Below are positions 1-8,833 of a DNA stretch of 64,000 bases, piece by piece. Position numbers and translations under genes: made by a program. Each line of letters opens with the position of its first letter. Positions within the stretch are counted from its first letter, which is position 1. Location of the stretch: positions 576,001-640,000 of the forward strand of contig OZ252098.1 of the NCBI GenBank assembly GCA_965248355.1, in the 5' to 3' direction. The DNA is from Candidatus Latescibacterota bacterium. Lineage in GTDB: Bacteria; Latescibacterota; UBA2968; UBA8231. Under the pieces are notes generated by a model. The model searched no databases and was not told the DNA's origin. It saw only the letters and a program-made list of their open reading frames with translations.

Positions 1-87
1 GAGATCGACAAGGCCCTGGCCAGCGGCAGCACGAGCAAGTCGGAGGATTCGCTGGCCCAGCTCAAGTCGAAGATGGGCATCAGCTGA
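1..87 (+). CDS. 3' end of a probable PspA/IM30 family protein (partial)
   Basis: Frame 1 reads EIDKALASGSTSKSEDSLAQLKSKMGIS*, resembling the 'LAxLKxKMG' C-terminus of PspA/IM30. The neighbourhood (SpeE, DUF350, DUF4178) matches known PspA contexts. Confidence 0.55.
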   Translation, partial: EIDKALASGSTSKSEDSLAQLKSKMGIS

Positions 88-154
88 CGGCGGCCCTACT
101 CCGCTCCGCAGCAGACCGTCGCCCGCAGTTCCCTGTCATACAGAGTACCCGCCG

Positions 155-1834
155 ATGACGCAGGTGCCGCGCAGGAGCTTCCTCAAGAGGCTCCTGGCCG
201 GCTCCGTGTGCCTGCCCTGGGCCTGTACCGAGGGCCGGCCATCGCGCCATGACGTCGATGTCGAGGCGCGCTTCGTCGATGCCGTGTCGCCGGAGCGTGG
301 CCACCTGCTGCGGCGCCCCGTCGAGCCCACGGAGTTTGCCGCGGCGGCCGGCCCCCCCGTCGATGTGCTCGTCGTCGGCGGCGGCGTGTCGGGGCTGGCG
401 GCCTGCTGGAAGCTCCGGCAGGCCGGGGTGGAGCGCCTGCTCCTGGTGGAGCTCGCCGACCGCCTCGGCGGCAATGCCATGGCCGGGCAGGCAGGAGACC
501 TGGTCTTTCCCTGGGGGGCCCACTACATCAACGTGCCGCCATCGGAGGCCGACTGCGTACACGAGGTGTTGTCCGATCTCGACGTGATCTCCGGGTACGA
601 CGCGGCCGGGCGCCCCATGGTGAACCCCGACCACCTGTTGCGCTGGCCCGCCGAGAGGTTGTGGGTGGACGGAGACTGGGTCGAGGGACTCGACCCCTTC
701 GCCGACGCCGGAGACGGGGAGAGGGAGGACCTGTGGGCCTTCGAGGACGACATGTTGCGCTGGACTCTGCACCACGGGCAGGATGGACGCCGGGCCTTCG
801 CCATGCCCCTGGCCTACAGCACGGCCGATGCCCGGGTGCGCCAGTTGGACGGCCAGACCATGGCGGAGTACGTGGAGAGCCGCGGTTGGCGCGGAGGCCG
901 CCTTGCATGGCTCATCGACCAGGCCTGCAAGGACGACTACGGCAGCCTCGCTGCCGACGTCTCGGCCTGGGCGGGCATCCACTACTTCGCCTGCCGCTAC
1001 TACGACCGCCGCTTGCGGGAAGACTACCCCTCCGACACGCTCACCTGGCCCCAGGGCAACCAGTTCCTCGTCGACGGCCTGGGGCGCGGGCTGACGGCCG
1101 GAGAGCAATGGCTGGCGACGGGGGTCGTCGGCCTGCGCGGAGAGGGAACGACGGCCGAGGCCCTGTGCATCCACGCCCCCACGGGAGAGCGGCGGCGGGT
1201 CCGGGCCCGGTCCGTCGTCTACGCCGGCAAGCTGCACACGGCCGCGCGCGTGGTCGCGGATCTGCCCGGTGCCCAACGGCGCGCCATCGAGCGGCTGAGC
1301 TACGTCCCCTGGGTCGTGGCCGCGGTGAGGCTGTCCGCAGAGCTGGGCGACGCGGGTCTGGCCTGGGACAACGTGGTGATGGACAGCCCTTCCGTCGGGT
1401 ATGTCTCCGCCCGTCACCAGACCTCACCGGCCCCGGAGCGGGCGGGTGAGGTGCTCGTCTACTACCTGCCCCTGGTCGAGGATCCGGCCGCGGCCCGACA
1501 GGAGCTGCTGGGGGAGGATCCGCAGCCGTGGGCCCGAAGGGTGATGGCCGACCTGTCGCGCGTCCATCCCCAGTTGCCCGGTCTGGTGGAAGGAATCGAC
1601 ATCTGCCGCTGGGGCCACGGCATGGTCCGTCCGGCCCCGGGCGTCATCTGGGGGCCCGAGAGCCATCTGCGGCGCCAGCCGTGCGGGGCCGTGGCCTTCG
1701 CCTCGTGCGACGCCACCGGGCTGCCCCTCTTCGAAGAGTCCCTGTTCGCCGGCATCGCCGCGGCCGAGCGCTGTCTCGACGTGCTCGACGCTCCCTACAC
1801 GACCTCTCTCCACGGCATGCCGGCCCATGGATGA
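155..1834 (+). CDS. Tat-signal FAD-dependent oxidoreductase (flavin amine oxidase-like)
   Basis: N-terminal PRRSFLK twin-arginine motif, VLVVGGGVSG Rossmann motif, ELADRLGG, GAHY and a C-terminal RWGHG. Confidence 0.8.
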   Translation: MTQVPRRSFLKRLLAGSVCLPWACTEGRPSRHDVDVEARFVDAVSPERGHLLRRPVEPTEFAAAAGPPVDVLVVGGGVSGLAACWKLRQAGVERLLLVELADRLGGNAMAGQAGDLVFPWGAHYINVPPSEADCVHEVLSDLDVISGYDAAGRPMVNPDHLLRWPAERLWVDGDWVEGLDPFADAGDGEREDLWAFEDDMLRWTLHHGQDGRRAFAMPLAYSTADARVRQLDGQTMAEYVESRGWRGGRLAWLIDQACKDDYGSLAADVSAWAGIHYFACRYYDRRLREDYPSDTLTWPQGNQFLVDGLGRGLTAGEQWLATGVVGLRGEGTTAEALCIHAPTGERRRVRARSVVYAGKLHTAARVVADLPGAQRRAIERLSYVPWVVAAVRLSAELGDAGLAWDNVVMDSPSVGYVSARHQTSPAPERAGEVLVYYLPLVEDPAAARQELLGEDPQPWARRVMADLSRVHPQLPGLVEGIDICRWGHGMVRPAPGVIWGPESHLRRQPCGAVAFASCDATGLPLFEESLFAGIAAAERCLDVLDAPYTTSLHGMPAHG

Positions 1835-3368
1835 GCCGGCGGTGGACCGCGGCCCCTGGGGGACGGCGCTGCTCCTGGCCGCCATCTTCTCGGCGGCGGC
1901 CTGCGCCATCGTCTACGAGCTCCTCATCGGCAGCACCTCGGCCTACTTCCTCGGTGACAGCGTCGAGCAGTTCTCCGTCACCATCGGCCTCTTCCTCGCC
2001 TCCATGGGCCTGGGCTCCTGGGTGTCGCGGGCCATCACGGACCGGCTGCTGGAGCGCTTCATCGCCTTCGAGCTGTGGCTGGCGGCCGTGGGAGGATGCT
2101 CCGTGCCGGTCCTCTACCTCGCGTACCTCCACAGCGGCCAATTCCGCTACGTCATGGTCCTCCTCATCGTCGCCGTGGGCGCCCTCGTCGGCCTGGAGCT
2201 GCCGCTGCTGACCCGCATGCTGCAGCGCTACGGCGAGCTGCGCACGGTGCTGTCCAACGTCCTGTTCCTCGACTACCTGGGCTCTCTGCTGGCGGCCCTG
2301 CTCTTTCCCTATCTGCTGCTGCCCCTGCTGGGCGCCTTCGACACCGCCCTGGCGGCCGGACTGCTCAACGCCGGCGTCGGGCTCGTGCTGCTGGCCGGGT
2401 TCTGGTCCAGGCTGTCGCCCGGACCGCGGCGGAGGCTCCTGGCATTGGGGGTCGTCGTCGCCGGCGGGCTGGGCCTGACCCTGGCGGCGGCCAACCCCCT
2501 CCGCGAGCGGCTGGAGAGCGATCTCTACACCGACCAGATCGTCTACAGCGAGCGCTCGCCGTACCAGCAGATCGTCCTCACCCAGTGGCGGGACGACGTC
2601 CGACTCTACCTGGACCGGCACCTGCAGTTCTCCTCCGTCGACGAGTACCGCTATCACGAGGCCCTCGTCCACCCGGCCATGGCCATGGCCCGCCACCGGC
2701 AGCGGGTGCTCGTCATCGGCGGCGGCGACGGGCTCTCGGTGAGGGAGGTGCTGCGCCACGGCGACGTGGAGCAGGTCGACCTGGTGGATCTGGATCCCGC
2801 CGTCACGGACCTCGCCCGCCGTGACCTGCGCCTGACGCGCCTCAACGACAACGCTCTCAGCCGGCCGGGAGTCCGTATCTTCTCCGAGGACGGTTTCGCC
2901 TTCCTCCAGCGCGCGCACGAGGCCTACGGGGTCATCATCATCGACCTGCCGGATCCCCGGGACGAGGCCCTGTCCAAGCTCTACTCGGTCGAGGTCTACC
3001 GCCTGTGCTCCCGCCATCTCTCTCCTGACGGGGTGGTGGTCACGCAGGCCTCGAGTCCCTACTATGCGAGGACCACGTTCTGGAGCATAGCCGCCACCAT
3101 GGCCGAGGCCGGGTTGCGCGTCGTGCCCTACCACACACTCGTGCCGTCCTTCGGCGAGTGGGGGTTCGTGGCCGGCTTCAGCGGTGGCCGTGGAGAGCCG
3201 GCGGATGTGACCTTCCATGTGGCCGGCCTTCGTTTCATGACACCGGGGATGTTCCGGCAGATGCTGATCTTCCCCAGCGACATGAGCCGGCCCGCCGACG
3301 TCGTCGTCAACCGCCTCGACCGGCCTGTGCTGGCGCGGCAGTACCGGGAAGACTGGAGCCGCTGGTAG
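1827..3368 (+). CDS. speE: Polyamine aminopropyltransferase (spermidine synthase) with N-terminal multi-TM domain
   Basis: About 7 hydrophobic helices followed by SPYQQI, YHEALVHP, LVIGGGDG, VDLDP and IIDLPDP motifs. Confidence 0.9.
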   Translation: MDEPAVDRGPWGTALLLAAIFSAAACAIVYELLIGSTSAYFLGDSVEQFSVTIGLFLASMGLGSWVSRAITDRLLERFIAFELWLAAVGGCSVPVLYLAYLHSGQFRYVMVLLIVAVGALVGLELPLLTRMLQRYGELRTVLSNVLFLDYLGSLLAALLFPYLLLPLLGAFDTALAAGLLNAGVGLVLLAGFWSRLSPGPRRRLLALGVVVAGGLGLTLAAANPLRERLESDLYTDQIVYSERSPYQQIVLTQWRDDVRLYLDRHLQFSSVDEYRYHEALVHPAMAMARHRQRVLVIGGGDGLSVREVLRHGDVEQVDLVDLDPAVTDLARRDLRLTRLNDNALSRPGVRIFSEDGFAFLQRAHEAYGVIIIDLPDPRDEALSKLYSVEVYRLCSRHLSPDGVVVTQASSPYYARTTFWSIAATMAEAGLRVVPYHTLVPSFGEWGFVAGFSGGRGEPADVTFHVAGLRFMTPGMFRQMLIFPSDMSRPADVVVNRLDRPVLARQYREDWSRW

Positions 3369-3386
3369 CGGGGGGAGGGAGATCCG

Positions 3387-3959
3387 ATGATCAGCCTGGG
3401 CCGAAAGTGGTTCGGGGGCAAGGACCCCGAGGATGAAAACGCCGGTCTCGCCGACCTGCGGCTCGATTCCATGCGCAACGGCGATCTGGTCGACTACGAC
3501 CTGAAGACCTGGGAGGTCACCGGCCGGAGCGTCTACGACTACGACGGCGTCCCGGGCCGGGAGTGGCAGCTGACCTGCGGCGACGAGGTGCGTTTCCTCG
3601 AGCGCTCCGAGGAGGACGGGCGGGTCGAGTGGACGTTGACGCGGAGCATCTCCATCGGTGACATTCAGGAGGACGTGACCGCCGCCATCGCCGCTGACGA
3701 GGACCCGCCCGGGTCGATCCACTTCGAGGGCCGGCGGTACGAGGCGTCGGAGTCGACCGCCGGGGTGCAGTGGGACATGGCAGACGACGGTTCGAAGGAC
3801 GAGGGAGCCGGACGCGAGTTCGTCAACTGGAGCTACGAGGCCGGGGACGGGCGCGTCCTGTTTCTCGTGCAATGGGGTGAACAGCGGTTCTCCGCCTACG
3901 AAGGGGAGAACGTCGAGGAGTACTCCTTCACCGACATCCTGCCTGGAGGCGAGCGGTGA
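3387..3959 (+). CDS. DUF4178-like acidic protein
   Basis: GDLVDYDLKTWEVTG...YD...REW-L and PPxxIxFEGxxY patterns; strong RBS; usual partner of SpeE/DUF350. Confidence 0.6.
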   Translation: MISLGRKWFGGKDPEDENAGLADLRLDSMRNGDLVDYDLKTWEVTGRSVYDYDGVPGREWQLTCGDEVRFLERSEEDGRVEWTLTRSISIGDIQEDVTAAIAADEDPPGSIHFEGRRYEASESTAGVQWDMADDGSKDEGAGREFVNWSYEAGDGRVLFLVQWGEQRFSAYEGENVEEYSFTDILPGGER

Positions 3960-4702
3960 GCCAAGAGAGGGATCCCCGAAGGGCCGAGACCCGTACGGCT
4001 CCGATCTGCCGGGCGGCGGTCGTGGGGGCCGCCCTGACCGCCATGGCCGTCATCACCGGGTGCGGCCGCACCCCGGATCCGGTGGAGCAGGCGAGCCGCG
4101 ACCTGGAACGCTACCCGGAATATGCCGTCATGATCGAGGATCTGAAGGTGGAGGACGGATTCTTCCCCGACTACTTCCTCCGCCTGCGGATCATGACGGC
4201 CAGCGGCCAGCGAGTCGCCGGGAAGGACACGCTGGTCTACGAGGACCGGGTCACGAAGTGGCAGGAGGTGGAGGAGGAGGTCATGGCCCGCTACCAGCAC
4301 TACCTGGGCATGGTGGTGGCCAGCAAGACCCTCGACGGCCAGCGCACCACGGCCCGGCAGGCCCACCCGCCGGGGTATCAGTACGTCGGCAACAGCCAGT
4401 ACGGGTCCTGGGGCGGCGGCGGGTTCTGGCAGTTCTACGGCCAGTACGCCTTCATGAGTCACATGCTCGGCGGCTTCGGGGTAGGCCGCCGCGACTACGA
4501 CGGCTACCGTCGCAACCGCGAGGTCGGCCGCCCCCACTTCGGCCCCACCCGCCAGGGGCGGCAGACCTTCGGCACCGCCGGGACCCAGACCCAGAAGACC
4601 CGTCCCAGCTTCTACAAGCGCTACCGGCAGCGCTCCGCGGGGGGTGGGCGCGGCTTCACCTCGCGGGCCGTCAGCCGCGGCGGAAGCCGCTTCGGCAAGT
4701 GA
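3956..4702 (+). CDS. Hypothetical lipoprotein with Gly/Arg-rich C-terminal tail
   Basis: Hydrophobic stretch ending VITG-C (lipobox-like), PPGYQYVGNxxYGxW motif, SRGGSRFGK tail; overlaps the upstream stop (GTGA). Confidence 0.65.
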   Translation: MSQERDPRRAETRTAPICRAAVVGAALTAMAVITGCGRTPDPVEQASRDLERYPEYAVMIEDLKVEDGFFPDYFLRLRIMTASGQRVAGKDTLVYEDRVTKWQEVEEEVMARYQHYLGMVVASKTLDGQRTTARQAHPPGYQYVGNSQYGSWGGGGFWQFYGQYAFMSHMLGGFGVGRRDYDGYRRNREVGRPHFGPTRQGRQTFGTAGTQTQKTRPSFYKRYRQRSAGGGRGFTSRAVSRGGSRFGK

Positions 4703-4733
4703 AGCCCCGAGAATGTTGAGAGGGAGGTAGCCA

Positions 4734-5582
4734 GTGGAATACGACATGCTGATTCCCATGGGCAGGTCCGCCGTGTACCTGATCGAGGCCTTCGTTCTGC
4801 TCGTCATCGCCAAGTGGGCGTACACCCGTCTCTACCGACGGGTGCATCTGAAGGAGGAGCTCTTCGACAAGGGCAACGCCGCCCTCGCGGTGTCGACGGC
4901 CGGCTACCTCTTCGGCATCGTCATCGCCCTGGGAGGCGTACTTGCAGGGCCCTCCGCGGGATGGCAGGCGGATCTGACGGCCACCGCCCTCTACGGCCTC
5001 ATGACCATCGCCATGATGCTGGCCGCCAGCTGGCTGTGCGAGAAGGTCCTGCTCTCCCGCTTCGACAATACCAAGGAAGTCGTGGAGGACCAGAACCTGG
5101 GCACGGCCTTCGTCGAAGCCGGGGTCCACATCGCCAACGGTCTCATCCTGCTGGCCATTCAGCAGGGCGCCGGTCCCTGGTGGGCGGGCCTCGTGTTCTG
5201 GGCCCTGGCCCAAGCCGTGCTGGTGCTCCTCGGGCGGCTCTACGAGATGGCCACGCCCCACAGCATCCACGACGAGCTCGAGCGCGACAACGCCGCCGTG
5301 GGACTCGCCCTTGCGGGCGCGCTGGTGGGGATGGGCAACATCATCAGCATCGCCGTGGCCGGTGACTTCGCCGGCTGGCGGGAGGGTTTGATCACCTTTG
5401 CCGCCGATGCCGCCTTCGGTCTGGTCATCCTCCTCATCATCAGGCGACTGAGCGACGTCCTGCTGGCTCCCGGCGTCAGCCTGGCCGCTCAGCAGACGCA
5501 CGAGACGCCCCGCATCGGGGCCGGTCTGCTGGAGGCCTTCGGTTACGTGGGCGGCAGCATGCTGGTCGTCTGGGTACTCTGA
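4734..5582 (+). CDS. DUF350 family membrane protein (internally repeated)
   Basis: About 8 TM helices with repeated 'EELFDKGNAALAV', 'EVVEDQNLGTA' and 'DELERDNAAVG' motifs; GGAGG RBS. Confidence 0.75.
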   Translation: MEYDMLIPMGRSAVYLIEAFVLLVIAKWAYTRLYRRVHLKEELFDKGNAALAVSTAGYLFGIVIALGGVLAGPSAGWQADLTATALYGLMTIAMMLAASWLCEKVLLSRFDNTKEVVEDQNLGTAFVEAGVHIANGLILLAIQQGAGPWWAGLVFWALAQAVLVLLGRLYEMATPHSIHDELERDNAAVGLALAGALVGMGNIISIAVAGDFAGWREGLITFAADAAFGLVILLIIRRLSDVLLAPGVSLAAQQTHETPRIGAGLLEAFGYVGGSMLVVWVL

Positions 5583-5648
5583 CACCCGAGCCCGGGCCCC
5601 CTCCGAGAGATCCCGCTCCGGAAGAGGCGCGCCCGACCCGAGATCTCC

Positions 5649-6689
5649 GTGCCCCTCTGGCTGCCCCTTGTGCGCGCCTGGCGCCGGGTCGTCCATCGCC
5701 ATTCGCTGGCGTGGATCTCCCTGCTGTCGGCCTCGCTCATCGTCGTCGGTGGTGTGCTGTTCTCGGTTCTCGAGGACCAGCCGCTCGGCGTCGGGCTATG
5801 GTGGGCGGTCGTAACGACGACGACCGTCGGCTACGGGGACTACTCTCCGGTGACCGCCCTGGGCCGGGCGGTGGGCGCCGTTCTGATGGTGCTCGGTATC
5901 GGCGTTCTCGGCGGTTTCACGGCGGAGCTGGCCACCTTCATCATCGAGCACCGGAGCAAGAAAGACAGGGGGATCAAGCCCGTGAAGACGAGTGGACACG
6001 TCCTGGTCTGCGGCTGGAACGAGACCGGCGAGGACCTGGTCCGCAACATCCTCGCCGACAGTCTCCGGGTGGAAGTCGTGGTTCTCGCCGAGCTTCCCTC
6101 TCACCCCATGCCCGCCAAGGGCGAGGCCGGCCGTGTGAATTTCGTCCGCGGGAGGGTGGACGCGGAGGCCCTGGACCACGCTAGCGCCCGGAACTGCTCG
6201 GGGGCGGTGATCCTGGGAGATCAGGAGATCGAGGACACGGCCGGCCGCGATGCCAAGACGCTGATCGGGGCCCTGACGGTCAAGGAGTACGAGCCGGGCC
6301 TCCACGTCTGCATTCAGCTCTTCGATGCCGGCTCCACACGGCACGCCGGCATCTCCGGGGCCGACGAGGTCGTGGTCGTGGGCGCCCTCTCCAGCGGGCT
6401 GCTGAGCCGCGCCGTCCTCGACCCGGGCAGCTCGCGGGCGATCTCGAGTCTGGTGCGCGCCGAGGAGCAGTGCGAGATCTACCTTGTCGACGTGCCCTCC
6501 GACTGGCCGGGAAGGCGCTTCGATGAGATGCTGCAGGTCGCCAAGGAGACGCACGATGTGCTGCTGGTCGGCGTCGAACCGGCGGCAGGGGGCCTGGTGG
6601 TGAATCCCCCTGGCGACTACGCCTTCTCCACCGGGGACCGGCTGGCCGTCATCGCCGAGGACCGCCCCGACATCCGGACCCGGCACTGA
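5649..6689 (+). CDS. 2-TM potassium channel with TrkA-N/RCK domains
   Basis: WWAVVTTTTVGYGD pore signature and HVLVCGW Rossmann-type RCK start. Confidence 0.9.
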   Translation: MPLWLPLVRAWRRVVHRHSLAWISLLSASLIVVGGVLFSVLEDQPLGVGLWWAVVTTTTVGYGDYSPVTALGRAVGAVLMVLGIGVLGGFTAELATFIIEHRSKKDRGIKPVKTSGHVLVCGWNETGEDLVRNILADSLRVEVVVLAELPSHPMPAKGEAGRVNFVRGRVDAEALDHASARNCSGAVILGDQEIEDTAGRDAKTLIGALTVKEYEPGLHVCIQLFDAGSTRHAGISGADEVVVVGALSSGLLSRAVLDPGSSRAISSLVRAEEQCEIYLVDVPSDWPGRRFDEMLQVAKETHDVLLVGVEPAAGGLVVNPPGDYAFSTGDRLAVIAEDRPDIRTRH

Positions 6690-7060
6690 TGAGCCCCCCG
6701 CCGAGCTCCGCCCTGGGCCGCCATCTCCTGGTCGATCTCTACGGTTGTGCCCGGGGGCGGCTGGACGACGTGGACTACGTCCGCCAGGGCCTGCTGGCCG
6801 CGGCCGGGCAGGTCGGCGCCACCGTCGTGGACGCCCACTTCCACAGCTTCTCGCCATGCGGCGTCACCGGGACCGTGTCGATTCAGGAGAGCCATCTCTC
6901 CATCCACACCTGGCCCGAGCACCTGTACGCCGCCGTCGACATCTTCACCTGCGGCGACTCCATCGATCCGTGGCGCGCCTACGAGTCTCTCAAGACTGCG
7001 CTCGAGGCCGACAGGGGCTCCGCCATGGAGATCCACCGCGGCAGACCCGACCTGTTGTAG
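6689..7060 (+). CDS. speD: S-adenosylmethionine decarboxylase proenzyme
   Basis: LGRHLLVDLYGC, the ESHLSIHTWPE self-cleavage (pyruvoyl) motif and VDIFTCG. Confidence 0.93.
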   Translation: MSPPPSSALGRHLLVDLYGCARGRLDDVDYVRQGLLAAAGQVGATVVDAHFHSFSPCGVTGTVSIQESHLSIHTWPEHLYAAVDIFTCGDSIDPWRAYESLKTALEADRGSAMEIHRGRPDLL

Positions 7061-7180
7061 CGGTCCTGTCGAAGCGGTCGCGCCAGATCCGGGCGTTCTT
7101 CCCAAGGGCGCCGGTGAAGAGCGGCTTTCCGGGTCACGGTTTCCGCCCTTGGCCCGGATCTACTCTCATATGTGCTCCCC

Positions 7181-7261
7181 ATGAGTCTGCCGGAGAGACC
7201 TCCGAAACCAGGTGAGCTGGTCCTCGTCCGCTCGCGCCGCTGGTTGGTCGAGGAAGTAGCC
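7181..7261 (+). pseudogene. N-terminal relic of a DISARM DrmD-like SNF2 helicase
   Basis: MSLPERPPKPGELVLVRSRRWLVEEV matches my recollection of DrmD N-termini (PxxGxLVxVRxRxWxVxxV); the frame then degenerates. Confidence 0.5.
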
Positions 7262-7378
7262 AAACTCGCTTCGATGAGCTGGTCACAGACAACCGGAGGG
7301 GAGAGTCGCCGTGACTGGGGCCATACGTCTTCAGGGTGGGATACGGCCTCGGTCGAAGAGGCGGAGTGAGGACCGTTC

Positions 7379-7462
7379 GGTGAATCCGTGACCGACAGCC
7401 CCCAGAACCGCAAGCCCGCCGCCTCCGCCGACGTGCGCGGGCGCCTCATCGAGGCGCTGAAT
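7379..7462 (+). repeat. 84-bp imperfect direct repeat, copy 1 (5' end of a drmA-like gene)
   Basis: 77 of 84 bases match 8237-8320 by manual alignment. Confidence 0.9.
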
Positions 7463-7479
7463 TGTCAGAACCCTTGGGA

Positions 7480-7508
7480 TTGACGCTCGACGCAAACATA
7501 CCTAGGCT
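7480..7508 (+). promoter_or_regulatory. Sigma70-type promoter of the phd-vapC operon
   Basis: TTGACG-N17-TAGGCT, overlapped and followed by the imperfect palindrome CTGATAGCTAGTCAG (possible autorepression operator). Confidence 0.55.
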
Positions 7509-7545
7509 GATAGCTAGTCAGTCAGGATGCCAGAGGAGGTCGGAC

Positions 7546-7806
7546 ATGAGCAGGAAATGGCCAGTCCAGGACGCCAAGATGCGGTTCAGCGAACTCTTGG
7601 ATACAGCTCTCGCCGAGGGGCCCCAGATCGTCACCAAACGAGGTGTCGAGACCGCTGTGCTCCTTCCCATTGAGCAGTGGCGCAGGATGGAGCGCATGAC
7701 CAGACCCAACCTGAAGGAACTCCTTCTTGTATCCGGAGCGCGCACCGACAACCTCACTCCACCGCGCCAGCAGCGCCGCCGTCGCGGACCCTTGGCGATG
7801 GAGTAA
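7546..7806 (+). CDS. Phd/YefM family antitoxin
   Basis: WPVQDAKMRFSELL...GPQIVTKRG...AVLL; GAGGAGG RBS. Confidence 0.88.
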   Translation: MSRKWPVQDAKMRFSELLDTALAEGPQIVTKRGVETAVLLPIEQWRRMERMTRPNLKELLLVSGARTDNLTPPRQQRRRRGPLAME

Positions 7807-7811
7807 GTTGC

Positions 7812-8219
7812 ATGTATCTCCTCGACACCAACGTGGTGTCCGAGCTGCGCCGTCCCCGTCCGCACGGAGCCGTAATGGAATGGCTCGCAGACGTGCCCGC
7901 GGAGCAGCTCTTCGTGTCCGCCGTCACGATAGGTGAGATTCAGGCGGGTATCGAGATTACCCGTGAGCAGGATGCAGTCAAGGCGGGGGAGCTGGAAGCG
8001 TGGCTGGACATGGTCCTGGGCTCCTACGGCGTATTGCCGATGGACGCAGCCGCCTTTCGTGAATGGGCGCGGCTCATGCACGGGACGTCGGACTCCTTGA
8101 GCGAGGACGCCATGATTGCGGCGACGGCTACGGTTCACAGGCTGAGGATGGTCACCCGCAATGTCGGTGATTTCGCGCAGTTCGGCGTGGACTTGCTGAA
8201 CCCCTTCGAAACGGAATAG
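7812..8219 (+). CDS. vapC: VapC PIN-domain toxin
   Basis: MYLLDTNVVSE, SAVTIGEI, EDAMIAATA and VTRNVGDF motifs. Confidence 0.9.
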   Translation: MYLLDTNVVSELRRPRPHGAVMEWLADVPAEQLFVSAVTIGEIQAGIEITREQDAVKAGELEAWLDMVLGSYGVLPMDAAAFREWARLMHGTSDSLSEDAMIAATATVHRLRMVTRNVGDFAQFGVDLLNPFETE

Positions 8220-8236
8220 TGAGGATCCCATTCGGT

Positions 8237-8320
8237 GGTGAATCGGTGACCGACAGCCCCCAGAACCGCAAACCCGCCGCCTCCGCCGAGGTGCGCCAGC
8301 GCCTGATCGAGGCGCTCAAT
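8237..8320 (+). repeat. 84-bp imperfect direct repeat, copy 2
   Basis: Matches 7379-7462. Confidence 0.9.
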
Positions 8321-8646
8321 CTCGACCTCGTCGGACCCTGGGCCGCCACTCCTTGGCCGGCGAGCGCCTGCCGGGGTGGATCCGGCCCTCGAACTGGTAC
8401 CTGACCGGTTTCATGATTCCCTCCGGGGCCGCGGCCGGGCAGAGCGCCGACAAGGAAGAAGACGCACTCGAAGTCACCGTCTCCTGGGGTGACTACGAGC
8501 CGGTGAAGCTCGAAGATGACGGGGGCAGGATCGTGTCGGTCTGGCAGCGGATCCCCCGCCTGGAGAAGCTCCGCCGGAAGCTCGGGGATGAAGACCCTGG
8601 TGTCAGCAATGTCCCGGAGTCCGGCGGTCTCGTGCTTCATCTTGAA
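8246..8646 (+). pseudogene. Frameshifted N-terminal relic of a DISARM DrmA-like helicase
   Basis: EVRQRLIEALNLDLVGP, then in a shifted frame ERLPGWIRPSNWYLTGFMIP, VTVSWGDY, SVWQRIPR and VPESGGL, as recalled for DrmA N-termini; no helicase core follows. Confidence 0.55.
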
Positions 8647-8833
8647 GGCCCTGTTGCGGTTGCCGGCCCACGTGCGCCGCGGCCTGGCGAGCGCACTCGA
8701 GGCGGGCATGCTGCCGGAACATCGAGATGGGCCTGGTGCTGCGGGACCGCGCCTTGGCCGCGAGCGTGACCAGACATTTCCGCGGGCTGATCGAACGGGG
8801 ATTGTTGCGGGCGCTCCCAATGGATTGATCGAC

